Notes: generated by a model not told the origin, from the sequence alone. 64,000 nucleotides of DNA from Sulfurovum sp. (GCA_012329065.1 JAAXPZ010000006.1:12877-76876), one strand, 5' to 3'; counted from the stretch's first letter, positions 1-9,339 are shown. Numbers and translations: made by a program.

Positions 1-2
1 TC

Positions 3-161
3 ACCATAAAATATTTAGAAAAACATAACATACCACTACCAAAAGTAATTGGTTTTGGTTTACTCATTAATGCAATCATCGCACTTATATTTGTTCCCGA
101 ATCTGGGTTTTGGCTTTTATTGCCGCCTAGTATTTTTATACTATATGGAAGAAATAAATGA
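3..161 (+). CDS. 3' end of a gene cut by the window edge; hydrophobic C-terminal fragment (..GFGLLINAIIALIFVPESGFWLLLPPSIFILYGRNK*)
   Basis: Frame 3 is open from the window start to TGA at 159-161. The translation looks like a membrane helix. No family recognised. Confidence 0.3.
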   Translation, partial: TIKYLEKHNIPLPKVIGFGLLINAIIALIFVPESGFWLLLPPSIFILYGRNK

Positions 162-206
162 AAACATTTAATGGTATAATAAAAAATAGTAGGAAAGGAT
201 AGAAAA

Positions 207-1691
207 ATGGAAAAAATTATTGCATTGATACTTGGATTGGTTGTATTGCTTGCCATCCTGATAGGTTTTTTTATCATCGTGAGATGGCTATATGGAAGAA
301 TTAGTGAAATAGGTGAAAAGACAGAAATTCAAAATTATGAGGAGAAAAAAATGATAAACATGAGTAGTTTTAAAAACAGTATAGGTGTGAGATTTGTTAT
401 TATAGGGATTATTGCACTTGTTATGATGATTCCTTTGGCAAAAGTAAGTCAAATGGTTTATGAAAGAAGTACATTACACCAAGGAGTACTTAATAGTATT
501 GCCTTTCAATGGGGGAAACCGCAAGTAGTTATGGGACCTGCCTTGATTTTACCAATCGTTGAAAAATATAATATTACTGAAAAAGTTGCAGATAGCAAAG
601 GGAATGAAAAGATAGAATCAAGGGTGGTTTATAGAAACAAAAATATCGTTATATTGCCTAAAGTTTTAAATAAAAACATAGGACTTCAAGAGCATTATAG
701 ATATAGGGGGATTTATAGATCTTTGGTTTATACTTCAGATGTGGAAGTGGATGGGAAGTTTATTTTGCCCGATATTTCCAAACTTTCTGACAATATAGAT
801 AAGGTACGATATGATAAAGCTTATATGCTTATGGGGCTTAGTGATACAAAGGCTATCGAGCATGTCTCCTCTCTGAGTTTTGGTTCAAACTCTTACAGTT
901 TCGACCCAGGAACAAGATTGAATCTAAAAGGCATCCTTAGTGGCTTCCATGCTCCACTAGAACTCAGTGAAGCACAAAAAGAATATACATTTAAGTTTAA
1001 TCTAAAGGCAAATGGAAGCTCATATATTCGCTTTTCTGCATTTGGAGAACAAACTATAGTAAAAATACATTCATCTTGGAAGCACCCTAGTTTTCAAGGA
1101 GCTATTTTACCAATGGATAGAAACATAAGTGAACAAGGATTTGTAGCTACATGGAAAATTCCCTCTTTGGCACGCAACTTCCCTCAATCATGGATTAGTG
1201 AAGATAATGTATATGCTGTAAATAAACTTTTGGCAGGTGTCGACCTATATGAACCAATAGCCCTCTACTCTCTTGTCGAGCGTTCCGTAAAATATGGAGC
1301 TCTTTTTATATTGTTGACTTTTTTAACATTTTTGATTTTTGAGATGACTCAAAAAAGTAAACTACATTATGTGCAATATATACTGATTGGCTCTTCTCTA
1401 GGTCTATTTTTCTTGATATTGCTTTCACTATCAGAGCATATATTATTTTTTAAAGCCTACATTTCAGCCTCTGCTTTAACTATATTATCAATTAGTACTT
1501 ATGCATGGTTTTCCAATAAAAGTGCTAAGCAGTTTTTTACTATATTGACCTTATTGGCAGCACTTTATGCTCTTTTATACTCTATATTACAACTAGAAGA
1601 CTATGCTCTACTGATGGGCACAGGACTGTTGATCGTAACGCTCTTTGTGCTTATGTGGGTTACACGGAACTTAAAAGTGAGTGAAGAATAA
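207..1691 (+). CDS. creD: Inner membrane protein CreD (cell envelope integrity)
   Basis: Translation matches CreD blocks (HPSFQGAILP, SEQGF.ATW, KYGALFILLTFLTFLIFE, YILIGSSLGLFFLILLSLSEH). A good SD precedes 207. An in-frame ATG at 351 with GGAG upstream aligns better with the usual CreD N-terminus. Confidence 0.85.
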   Translation: MEKIIALILGLVVLLAILIGFFIIVRWLYGRISEIGEKTEIQNYEEKKMINMSSFKNSIGVRFVIIGIIALVMMIPLAKVSQMVYERSTLHQGVLNSIAFQWGKPQVVMGPALILPIVEKYNITEKVADSKGNEKIESRVVYRNKNIVILPKVLNKNIGLQEHYRYRGIYRSLVYTSDVEVDGKFILPDISKLSDNIDKVRYDKAYMLMGLSDTKAIEHVSSLSFGSNSYSFDPGTRLNLKGILSGFHAPLELSEAQKEYTFKFNLKANGSSYIRFSAFGEQTIVKIHSSWKHPSFQGAILPMDRNISEQGFVATWKIPSLARNFPQSWISEDNVYAVNKLLAGVDLYEPIALYSLVERSVKYGALFILLTFLTFLIFEMTQKSKLHYVQYILIGSSLGLFFLILLSLSEHILFFKAYISASALTILSISTYAWFSNKSAKQFFTILTLLAALYALLYSILQLEDYALLMGTGLLIVTLFVLMWVTRNLKVSEE

Positions 1692-1710
1692 AAAGGTTTT
1701 GGAATAGATA

Positions 1711-2697
1711 TTAGATTTTATTCCACTCCTTTTTCATTGCCTCGGCATATAGGGCAATAGTAACTGCATATCTAGCCGAGGCATTGTATCTAGTGATGAT
1801 GCGATAATTTGGTGTGCCTAGATATAGCTCATCATAATCTTTGCCTTTTAGCTTGATGAGATAAGCGCTTTTGTATGCAAATGAAGCTTTTTGCTTGATT
1901 CCATGAGCCTTGATAATACTCATAGGATATCTGCTTTTGTATCCAGTCTTGAGACCTCTAAATCTCTTACCGCTATATGAAGCTCGCACTACTGCTGAGA
2001 TACGATTATTCCATTTTCGCTTATGTAGAAATGATGCGATAGATCCTATGCAATCTGCCATAGAATTTGGGTTTCTCTTACCATTGCCATCTAGGTCAAC
2101 GCCGTGGCGAAGATACATAGACGGAACCTGCTGTACACATCCCATAGCTCCAGCGAATGAGCCTCGTAGTTTCAGAGGATTTATCCTCTCTCTTCTAGCA
2201 AGTATTAGCACCTTTTCAAGTTCACTACGAAAAAACTTCTGTTTTCTATTTTTGTTAAATGCCAATGTTACCAGTGAATCCCACACAGAATATTCACTAC
2301 CATACATCCCAAACTTACTCTCCACTCTGATAAATGCAGTGATGATAGAGGGGTGGATACTATATTTTTTTTGTGCCTTAAGTAGCCATTTTTTATTTTT
2401 CTTCATAAACTCTCTGCCCAGAACTATACTTTCTGGAATGAGTATCTTGGACTTGTATCTATGCCAGCTAAAGTCAGTACTTCCGACTTTGTATCTGCCC
2501 TGGTATCGAGATAGAGTTTTCTTCTGGTGCTTTGCTTTTTTAAGTAATTTGGCAGTGTATTTTTTATCAAATTTATATTTTTTGTACATTTTTTCTATAA
2601 AGACTTTGGCTTTTGGGTGCTTACTGTAATCTGTCTGAGCCAACAGCATATAGGGAAATGATAGTGTTAACAACATGATATTTATTTTTTTTGTCAT
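1711..2697 (-). CDS. Lytic murein transglycosylase (MltB-like)
   Basis: Signal peptide, catalytic-region ESKFG, and GAMGCVQQVPSMY...DLDGNG typical of the MltB/SLT_2 family. Confidence 0.85.
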   Translation of the reverse strand: MTKKINIMLLTLSFPYMLLAQTDYSKHPKAKVFIEKMYKKYKFDKKYTAKLLKKAKHQKKTLSRYQGRYKVGSTDFSWHRYKSKILIPESIVLGREFMKKNKKWLLKAQKKYSIHPSIITAFIRVESKFGMYGSEYSVWDSLVTLAFNKNRKQKFFRSELEKVLILARRERINPLKLRGSFAGAMGCVQQVPSMYLRHGVDLDGNGKRNPNSMADCIGSIASFLHKRKWNNRISAVVRASYSGKRFRGLKTGYKSRYPMSIIKAHGIKQKASFAYKSAYLIKLKGKDYDELYLGTPNYRIITRYNASARYAVTIALYAEAMKKEWNKI

Positions 2698-2746
2698 AAT
2701 TTAGATCTCCTCTTAGTAGTAGATTATATCGATATTTTGATATAAT

Positions 2747-3583
2747 TTGATTATGAAAAAAGTAGCTTATATCCAAAATCTATCATTTGCCTATGATTCC
2801 CAAACGATACTAGATAGTATTGATTTGACAATAGAGCAGGGAGATTTTCTGGCAATTATTGGCCCTAATGGTGGTGGCAAGTCTACACTTCTTAAGCTTA
2901 TGCTTGGACTTAAAGAGCCTCGAGCAGGAAATATAGAGATATTAGGAGGCAAGCCCTCCTCAAAACGCCAGTTTTTAGGATATGTCCCACAAAATACCAA
3001 TGTCAATATAGACTTTCCTATCAAAACTATAGAAGTGGTGCTGATGGGGCATGTAAATGATAAAAGACTTTTGTTTGGATATGGCAAAGACGAGACAAGC
3101 TGTGCCATGGGTGCACTCAAGGAGGTAGGCATGCAAGAGTATGCCAATCGTAAAATAGGTGATCTCTCAGGAGGGCAAAGGCAAAGAGTAATGATAGCTA
3201 GAGCACTGTGCGCACACCCAAAGATACTCCTACTGGATGAGCCTACAGCCAACATCGATGCTCAGGGTCAAAAAGAAGTCTATGACTTACTCAAAAAGCT
3301 AAATGAACACATTACTATTATTGTGGTAAGTCATGATATATCGGTGATACTAGAGTATGCTGACAAAGTGGCACATATCAACAAGATACTCTCGTTTCAC
3401 GATATAAGCAATAAGGATGATAGGTTTCATACACATGGCAAAGAGGAGCATTTTTGTGAAGTGGAGTTGCTACAGATGCTTGGCTCAAAAGGCTGCAAGG
3501 AGTGTACTTCGACAAGCTCTGCACAAGATGCTTCTAAAAATTCGATAGAGGGCAATGTGACAAAAAGTGACAATAATGTTTGA
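2747..3583 (+). CDS. znuC: Metal (Zn/Mn-type) ABC transporter ATP-binding protein, ZnuC-like
   Basis: Walker A GPNGGGKST, signature LSGGQRQR, Walker B LLLDEP. His/Cys-rich C-terminal tail. Overlaps the permease gene by 17 nt. Confidence 0.8.
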   Translation: MIMKKVAYIQNLSFAYDSQTILDSIDLTIEQGDFLAIIGPNGGGKSTLLKLMLGLKEPRAGNIEILGGKPSSKRQFLGYVPQNTNVNIDFPIKTIEVVLMGHVNDKRLLFGYGKDETSCAMGALKEVGMQEYANRKIGDLSGGQRQRVMIARALCAHPKILLLDEPTANIDAQGQKEVYDLLKKLNEHITIIVVSHDISVILEYADKVAHINKILSFHDISNKDDRFHTHGKEEHFCEVELLQMLGSKGCKECTSTSSAQDASKNSIEGNVTKSDNNV

Positions 3584-4379
3584 GGCACTTTCATATACAT
3601 TTATACAAAATGCATTGATAGCTGGAGTATTGGTAAGTCTGGCTACTGGAATCATCGGTTCACTGGTAGTTGTCAATCGCATGGTATTTCTTGCAGGTGG
3701 CATGGCTCATGCTTCTTACGGCGGGATAGGTCTTGCGGTCTATTTGGGTTTTCCGATTTTTTTAGGTGCATCATTGTTTGCAGTAGCATCAGCTCTGCTT
3801 ATAGCCTATCTCACGCTACATGACCGTCATCGTATCGATACATTTATTGGGCTTATATGGGCGGTGGGCATGGCTATTGGTGTAATCCTTATAGACCTTA
3901 CCCCTGGATATAATGTTGACCTGATGAGTTATCTTTTTGGCTCTATTTTGGCTGTCAGCAGTGGAGACCTTTGGTTTATGGGAGGACTTCTGACAGCGAT
4001 TATCTTGGTAGTAAGTATATGGTATCGTGATATCTTGGCAGTGTCTTACGATAGCGAGTATGCTTTATTGCGTGGTGTGAATGTTAAGTTTTTCTACTCA
4101 TTGATACTGGTTCTGTCTGCTTTGACTGTAGTAATGGCGATCAAAGTAGTGGGTCTGATTTTAGTCATTGCCATGCTCACCATTCCTGTCTATATCGCTG
4201 AGAGACTCTCAAATAGCCTTGCTACAATGATGGCTATTTCTGGAGTGATAGCGACACTTTTTACTTTGACTGGGCTATGGTTTTCATACACCTATGACTT
4301 GACTTCAGGTGCGTCTATTATTATAGTCTCAGCTTGTGGACTGGGTCTATTTCTACTCTTTAGTACTAAAAGAAAGTGA
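3567..4379 (+). CDS. znuB: Metal ABC transporter permease (ABC-3 family, ZnuB-like)
   Basis: Polytopic hydrophobic protein about 270 aa long with ABC-3 style motifs. Translationally overlapped with the upstream ATPase gene. Confidence 0.8.
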   Translation: MTIMFEALSYTFIQNALIAGVLVSLATGIIGSLVVVNRMVFLAGGMAHASYGGIGLAVYLGFPIFLGASLFAVASALLIAYLTLHDRHRIDTFIGLIWAVGMAIGVILIDLTPGYNVDLMSYLFGSILAVSSGDLWFMGGLLTAIILVVSIWYRDILAVSYDSEYALLRGVNVKFFYSLILVLSALTVVMAIKVVGLILVIAMLTIPVYIAERLSNSLATMMAISGVIATLFTLTGLWFSYTYDLTSGASIIIVSACGLGLFLLFSTKRK

Positions 4380-4388
4380 TCTAAAACA

Positions 4389-5216
4389 ATGGATAGACTA
4401 ATACTTAGTGATCTTGACTTTACACTGCTTAGAAGCGACCTAAGCATAAACAGCTTTACGCGAGAGACATGGAACAACTGTACAAGTAAGGCAAAATTAT
4501 CTATCGCAACTGCCAGAAGTTATACGGGAATCAAAGATCTACTCAAAGGGTTGATTTTAAAAGAACCACTTATATTACTAGATGGTACAATCATAGCTTC
4601 ACCTGATGGAGATATTTTGCATATGTCTGCCATAGACAAAAGTCTAGGTGATGAAGTTTTGTACATTGCACAAAAAAGTGTAGGGCTTTATCCGCTCATT
4701 GTGGCGTGGGAAAGCGAAGAAGAGCAATTTTTCTATCCAAAAGATCCAAGCTTTTACCAACAAGAGTTACTCAAAGGCATACACAATAAGAAAAGAATTT
4801 TTGCAAACAAAGAACTTAGAGCCAAAAACAATAATCTAAAGATTGTATTTCTGTCTAGCCAAGAGGAGGCACACATCTTAGTGCGTGCTTTAGACTCAGC
4901 ACTTGGTCAGCAGATAGAGATCAAAAGTGCACAAGATCCGTACATGGACTGCTACTTTACCACTATCTTGCACCCAATGGGAGACAAAGCACATGCACTT
5001 GCAAAACTGGAAGAGCTCGAGGGCATCGATATAGCCCACACCACAGTTTTTGGTGACAATCACAACGATATAGGCATGTTCAAACTTGCTGGCACTAAAA
5101 TTGCCGTAGCTAACGCGATAGATGGGCTAAAAGAGCTAGCTGATATCATTTTGCCTCATACCAATGATGAAGATGCAGTAGCCAGATACCTAAATGATAA
5201 AGTCTGCCGAGCTTAG
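4389..5216 (+). CDS. HAD-IIB (Cof-type) phosphatase family protein
   Basis: Motif I LSDLDFTLL near the N-terminus. Motif IV GDNHNDIGMF near the C-terminus. Confidence 0.75.
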   Translation: MDRLILSDLDFTLLRSDLSINSFTRETWNNCTSKAKLSIATARSYTGIKDLLKGLILKEPLILLDGTIIASPDGDILHMSAIDKSLGDEVLYIAQKSVGLYPLIVAWESEEEQFFYPKDPSFYQQELLKGIHNKKRIFANKELRAKNNNLKIVFLSSQEEAHILVRALDSALGQQIEIKSAQDPYMDCYFTTILHPMGDKAHALAKLEELEGIDIAHTTVFGDNHNDIGMFKLAGTKIAVANAIDGLKELADIILPHTNDEDAVARYLNDKVCRA

Positions 5217-5219
5217 ACT

Positions 5220-5867
5220 TTATGCCTTTGCAAATATATCCTCAAAGTCCGCATTTGCCAAAAATAGAATCTCTCCATTAAATCTATCTATACGACTGTC
5301 ACCCTTTTTTAATCTTTTTTTGAGTTGCTTTTTGATCTTCTTCTGCTTTTTCTCTTTTGTGATGCCATGCAACGCAAAGAAGTCATGCAGCTCCATCCAC
5401 TCTTCTGGATTTTCTTCACTGCTGTCAACACTGTCAACCTCTATGGTCTGCTCATTGTCATCTGCTTGTTTTTTATGCTCAAGCTGTAGACCATAAAGCA
5501 TCTTCATTTCGCTAAATGCCTCTTTTAGCAACTCCACTTCTCCTCTGAGCGTAGAGCTGATCATCTTGTTTGTCTCTTTTAAGTCACTAATTGTTTCTCT
5601 TAATATGGCAATTGTCTCTTCTTTTGCTTCAAGCAATTTTTCTTGATTCTCAATATTTACCTCATTATCTGATTTTGCCTTATTGGCAACAATATCCACA
5701 ACAGATACTTTGTTATAATCTGACTCTTTGCTGTTGTCAAGCACAATGAGTATCTTCCCGCCTATGTTGCGTGATGACAATATTCCTTTTTTTATCTTTG
5801 CATAAACAGCCTGTCTAGAAATACCCATTTTAATGGCATAGTCTGCTGGTTTTATCAAGTTTCCCAT
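5220..5867 (-). CDS. HTH (excisionase/MerR-like) DNA-binding protein with coiled-coil, acidic and Lys-rich C-terminal parts
   Basis: The N-terminus KPADYAIKMGISRQAVYAKIKKGIL looks like a helix-turn-helix. The central part shows a heptad-like pattern. No family recognised for the remainder. Confidence 0.45.
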   Translation of the reverse strand: MGNLIKPADYAIKMGISRQAVYAKIKKGILSSRNIGGKILIVLDNSKESDYNKVSVVDIVANKAKSDNEVNIENQEKLLEAKEETIAILRETISDLKETNKMISSTLRGEVELLKEAFSEMKMLYGLQLEHKKQADDNEQTIEVDSVDSSEENPEEWMELHDFFALHGITKEKKQKKIKKQLKKRLKKGDSRIDRFNGEILFLANADFEDIFAKA

Positions 5868-5930
5868 GATGATGATCCCTATAAATGATTTACAATTGTG
5901 TCAATCATAACATAATGTTGATAAAACTTA

Positions 5931-6563
5931 TTATCTTTTGGTACCAGAAAGCATTGGCACGAATAGGCATGGCTCTATTGCTTCAGAAGTTATTCGTCCT
6001 GACTTCTTATAGTATCTAGTAATAATTTGGAGTCCGTCTTGGTTGATAGGTGCTATCAATATACCCCCATCTGCTAATTGCTCAAAAAGTGTTTCTGGTA
6101 TGTTATCAGTTGTTGCAGAGAATATGATCCTCTCATAAGGAGCATATTCTTTCCAGCCCCTCTGTCCATCATCGTAGCGAGTAAATATATTATCCATCTC
6201 AAGTGTCTTAAAGCGTTCTTTTGCCTCTCTTAGTAGGGGCTCTATTCGTTCTATAGTAAATACTCTTCTGACTATTTTAGATAGTATCGCAGCTTGATAG
6301 CCACTACCACAACCTACTTCCAATGCACTGTCAACACCCTTTAGCTCCAGATGTTGTGTCATCTTGGCAACTGTCAGAGGTGAGGATATCCACTGTTCTG
6401 AATGCATAGGAAGTGCGTCTAGCTTGTACGCTAGATGCTTAAAGCCACTTGTCACAAAAACTTCTCTGTCAACTTTTAAAAATGCACTCTTGACATATGA
6501 CTCTAAAGGAAACTTATTCCCTATCTCTTCAACCATTCTCTCTAAATGAAACTTTTTTACCAT
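5931..6563 (-). CDS. pcm: Protein-L-isoaspartate O-methyltransferase
   Basis: SAM motif LEVGCGSGYQAAILS. Size and overall pattern match Pcm. Confidence 0.9.
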   Translation of the reverse strand: MVKKFHLERMVEEIGNKFPLESYVKSAFLKVDREVFVTSGFKHLAYKLDALPMHSEQWISSPLTVAKMTQHLELKGVDSALEVGCGSGYQAAILSKIVRRVFTIERIEPLLREAKERFKTLEMDNIFTRYDDGQRGWKEYAPYERIIFSATTDNIPETLFEQLADGGILIAPINQDGLQIITRYYKKSGRITSEAIEPCLFVPMLSGTKR

Positions 6564-6713
6564 GCCCTACTTTTCAACAGATAATCTAAACAATTATCGG
6601 CATTCTACCAAAAATAGTGTAAAAGTCTGTATGTGTTGCTTATTGATACCAATCAACTCTTTTTATCAATACAGTTGCTATACTTGTAGTCATAATCATA
6701 AAAAGGATTAATT

Positions 6714-7085
6714 ATGCAATTTAGCTCATCAAAAACAGACAAACCAGAAACAGCTCATTTTTACCAAGATCTTGAATTCTCTGACAAGTCAGTAGTCATC
6801 ACACCTATGCTAGATAGTGGATTTGGCAAAGAAATTCGTATCGCTTTCAAAGAAGGTCAAGTAATGAAAGAGCACAAAACCAAGTTTCCTATTACCGTTA
6901 TGGCGCTTAGAGGCAACATAGAATTCTCTGTCGGGGAAGATATTTTTATTCTGGAAGCTGGGGCTCTTATCTCTCTTGAGGGTGGTGTAATGCACGCACT
7001 CAAAGCTACCGAAGAGTCAGTGATAAGGCTATCTCTACACAAAAGCGATACAGCAGATAGGGTCAAGGGAGTACTTGAGCTCTAA
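6714..7085 (+). CDS. Cupin domain protein
   Basis: Small beta-rich protein with cupin-like G.V..EH and G..H blocks. Confidence 0.6.
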   Translation: MQFSSSKTDKPETAHFYQDLEFSDKSVVITPMLDSGFGKEIRIAFKEGQVMKEHKTKFPITVMALRGNIEFSVGEDIFILEAGALISLEGGVMHALKATEESVIRLSLHKSDTADRVKGVLEL

Positions 7086-7113
7086 AGATTGAATCTACTA
7101 TAGCCTTTGCCCT

Positions 7114-7485
7114 CTATTCAAGATCCAATGCATACTGCTTCAGCGTCTCAAGATCTATCAACTCTAGCATCTTGATATGAGTAGAGTGTAGGAAAATTCT
7201 TGGTGCCATACCATCATGTATCGCCTTGACAAAAGAATGACCACCCAAGCACCAGCTCTCCCCAGGCTTGACTCCTGCAAAGCTGTACTGAGGCATAGGT
7301 GTCGACAAGTCATTACCTACGCTCTTGGAGTACTCCAAAAACTCCTTTGTTGCATATATACATACTGCATGGAGGGCTGGATTACTGTTGCCTGTATTGC
7401 AATGACCGTCACGATAGTATCCAGTCAATGGTCGATGGCTACAGGGCTCCATCGGCTCACCAAAAACATTTATAGATTCATGCAT
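7114..7485 (-). CDS. DUF2237 family protein
   Basis: NVFGEPMEPCS..PLTGYYRDGHCNTG...GNDLSTP...GVKPGESWCL matches my recollection of the DUF2237 pattern. Start moved to ATG at 7485, which has AAAGGA 6 nt upstream; the tracked ORF extends to 7521. Confidence 0.8.
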   Translation of the reverse strand: MHESINVFGEPMEPCSHRPLTGYYRDGHCNTGNSNPALHAVCIYATKEFLEYSKSVGNDLSTPMPQYSFAGVKPGESWCLGGHSFVKAIHDGMAPRIFLHSTHIKMLELIDLETLKQYALDLE

Positions 7486-7674
7486 ATAAAATCCTTTTGG
7501 ATGATTATAGCAAAAATACATATTCTCACTATTGTCAATGAATATTTATCTTGATGGTTTAAAAAAAGTAGCTTAGGATATGATATGCTTAGAGAAATAA
7601 ATATATGAGAAAAGTTGTCTTGAATTATCAAGGCATTATAGTGCTTAGCAAAAGGTCTCTGTATCACACCCGTC

Positions 7675-8211
7675 TTAGTCCTTACTATATGCTTTTAAAA
7701 CTTTAGAAAATCTAAACAAAAATGCTCCATGGTCTACGGCATCAAATATGTCAGCATCAGACCAGTCTAAGATTTTCAACGCATCTATGGCTTCTACTGT
7801 AAAAAGTTCAGGTGTGTAAAGTGCAAGCATCACGGCATCAAAAAGTGCTTGATGTCTTTCATCTAGTGCTAACATTTTTTGTGTACCTTCTAGTTTTTGC
7901 AACTGCTCTAAAGTATATCCTTTGGCTAAAAGAAATTTCCTATTGAGTTCAATACAATACATAAAGCCATTGTCACTAGCCACTGTGTAGCGCAAGAATG
8001 TAAAAAAGTCAGGGTTTATGTGTGCATGTGTACTAAGGTAGGTTATCTCCTCTACAAACATTTTAAATCGTGTAGGGTTCACTGTGGCAAAGAGTTCAAA
8101 GTGTGGAGGTGTATGACCCAACTTCTGCTTGATACCTCTTAATAAAATTTTCATCTCTTTATTTGGATTTGCTTCTATCATAAACATCGTTTGCACTTTG
8201 GACATGGGCAT
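7675..8211 (-). CDS. Carboxymuconolactone decarboxylase/AhpD-like family protein (tentative)
   Basis: All-helical protein of about 178 aa resembling the CMD/AhpD-like fold. No CxxC motif seen. Confidence 0.4.
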   Translation of the reverse strand: MPMSKVQTMFMIEANPNKEMKILLRGIKQKLGHTPPHFELFATVNPTRFKMFVEEITYLSTHAHINPDFFTFLRYTVASDNGFMYCIELNRKFLLAKGYTLEQLQKLEGTQKMLALDERHQALFDAVMLALYTPELFTVEAIDALKILDWSDADIFDAVDHGAFLFRFSKVLKAYSKD

Positions 8212-8254
8212 CCTTTTTTATTTATTATATACCATTTGGTATATATTGTCAAAC

Positions 8255-8740
8255 TTATTCCAAAAGCATCACCAGTAGTATTGTAGATACTCTAAAATTC
8301 GACTCTTGAAGCAATACAACTATCTCTTTTATTTCTTTTGGACTCAATAGCTTTTTTTGCTTATACAGCAACAAAATACCAATGAGTCCAATCGTATCAA
8401 GTCCTAAGGATTTGGCTACATTCTTTCCTCTTTTTTCGTCAATAACCAACGGTACATTTCTCTCAATAGCCAATGCAATAGACTCAGATTCTCCCAAATC
8501 TAATCGTGTAAATAAAATTTTTACTTGCATGTCATCATCAACTTTTTCTACTCTAATTTTACTTTTCCTCACATAGTCATCTAAAATCTTTTTCGCATCT
8601 ACTCGTATGCTTACTTCACTATAAACGGCTTTTGTGATAATAATCGTATCCGTAAACTTGAAAAGTATTTCAAATTTACGGATATTAATTAAAGTAATGA
8701 GCGTGGTACTGTCAGATACTACAACAGCATTTAGAGCCAC
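8255..8740 (-). CDS. DUF3368 (PIN-like) putative type II toxin
   Basis: N-terminal VVVSDSTTLITL with an acidic residue, LGESESIALA, and C-terminal GLIGILL..K pattern typical of COG2405/DUF3368. Overlaps the upstream antitoxin gene by 10 nt. Confidence 0.75.
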   Translation of the reverse strand: MALNAVVVSDSTTLITLINIRKFEILFKFTDTIIITKAVYSEVSIRVDAKKILDDYVRKSKIRVEKVDDDMQVKILFTRLDLGESESIALAIERNVPLVIDEKRGKNVAKSLGLDTIGLIGILLLYKQKKLLSPKEIKEIVVLLQESNFRVSTILLVMLLE

Positions 8741-9054
8741 TTAGAGACCTCTGATTTTATTACCTCAATATCATCCTCTATCCAATTTAGACCAAGACTA
8801 TTAAGCATTCTCATTGCCTCTTGCTTGTCTATTCCCATAATCTCTGCCATTTTTCCCATAGAGATAAGCCCCTGTTTGAATTGTTCTAATGCCACAGTTT
8901 TTTTGATACCCATTGAGAGCGTGTCGTCATTTAGTGGTATAGTGATACCTATGGGTTTACCATGTTTGGTAACAAAAACGGACTCGTTATTTTCAAGATA
9001 TTTGGTCATATTGGACGGATTGTTTTTTAGGTCTCTTATAGATACAGTTTGCAT
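8731..9054 (-). CDS. Antitoxin with a Phd/YefM-like N-terminal part fused to a UPF0175-like C-terminal part
   Basis: N-terminus TVSIRDLKNNPSNMTKYLENNESVFVTKHGKPIGITIP is Phd/YefM-like. C-terminus ALEQFKQGLISMGKMAEIMGIDKQEAMRMLNSLGL is UPF0175-like. Confidence 0.7.
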   Translation of the reverse strand: MQTVSIRDLKNNPSNMTKYLENNESVFVTKHGKPIGITIPLNDDTLSMGIKKTVALEQFKQGLISMGKMAEIMGIDKQEAMRMLNSLGLNWIEDDIEVIKSEVSKWL

Positions 9055-9282
9055 ATGCGTTCCTTTATTAAATACTACATTTTGTAGGTATAGTATAGCA
9101 CAATGTCTAATCTATTTCAACATCTATATTTTCGGCATCACTTACCAATGTAAGTTTTCAATTTTCATTTATTTGTTCATCACCCCAGACTAATATCTGT
9201 TCGAAGATAGGCATACTCTTTTCCATCATATTTTAGCTTCATTAGGTTCCTTTTGGTATGTATATACCTTTTTGGGTAGTTC

Positions 9283-9311
9283 TTGACATACTAGCATATT
9301 GATGATAAAAT
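9283..9311 (+). promoter_or_regulatory. Sigma70-type promoter for the nitroreductase gene (TTGACA-17 nt-TAAAAT)
   Basis: TTGACA at 9283-9288 and TAAAAT at 9306-9311 with a 17-nt spacer, 29 nt upstream of the ATG at 9340. Confidence 0.5.
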
Positions 9312-9339
9312 TTCAACATCTACATATTAAAGGAAAGTT

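Noticed and set aside
1910-2629. 239-aa plus-strand ORF fully inside the MltB-like gene. Similar long antisense ORFs occur at 18002-18541, 31559-32119, 38668-39216, 51264-51650, 2791-3255 and 28759-29088.
   Set aside because: Each lies opposite a gene with strong family motifs. The translations are low-complexity (S/L/P/I-rich), have no SD and match no recognisable family. These are typical shadow ORFs.
5194-5496. 100-aa plus-strand ORF overlapping the end of the HAD gene and running antisense to the HTH protein gene.
   Set aside because: The translation is Ser/Phe/Cys-rich and low-complexity, with no SD. The opposite-strand frame gives a coherent HTH plus coiled-coil protein.
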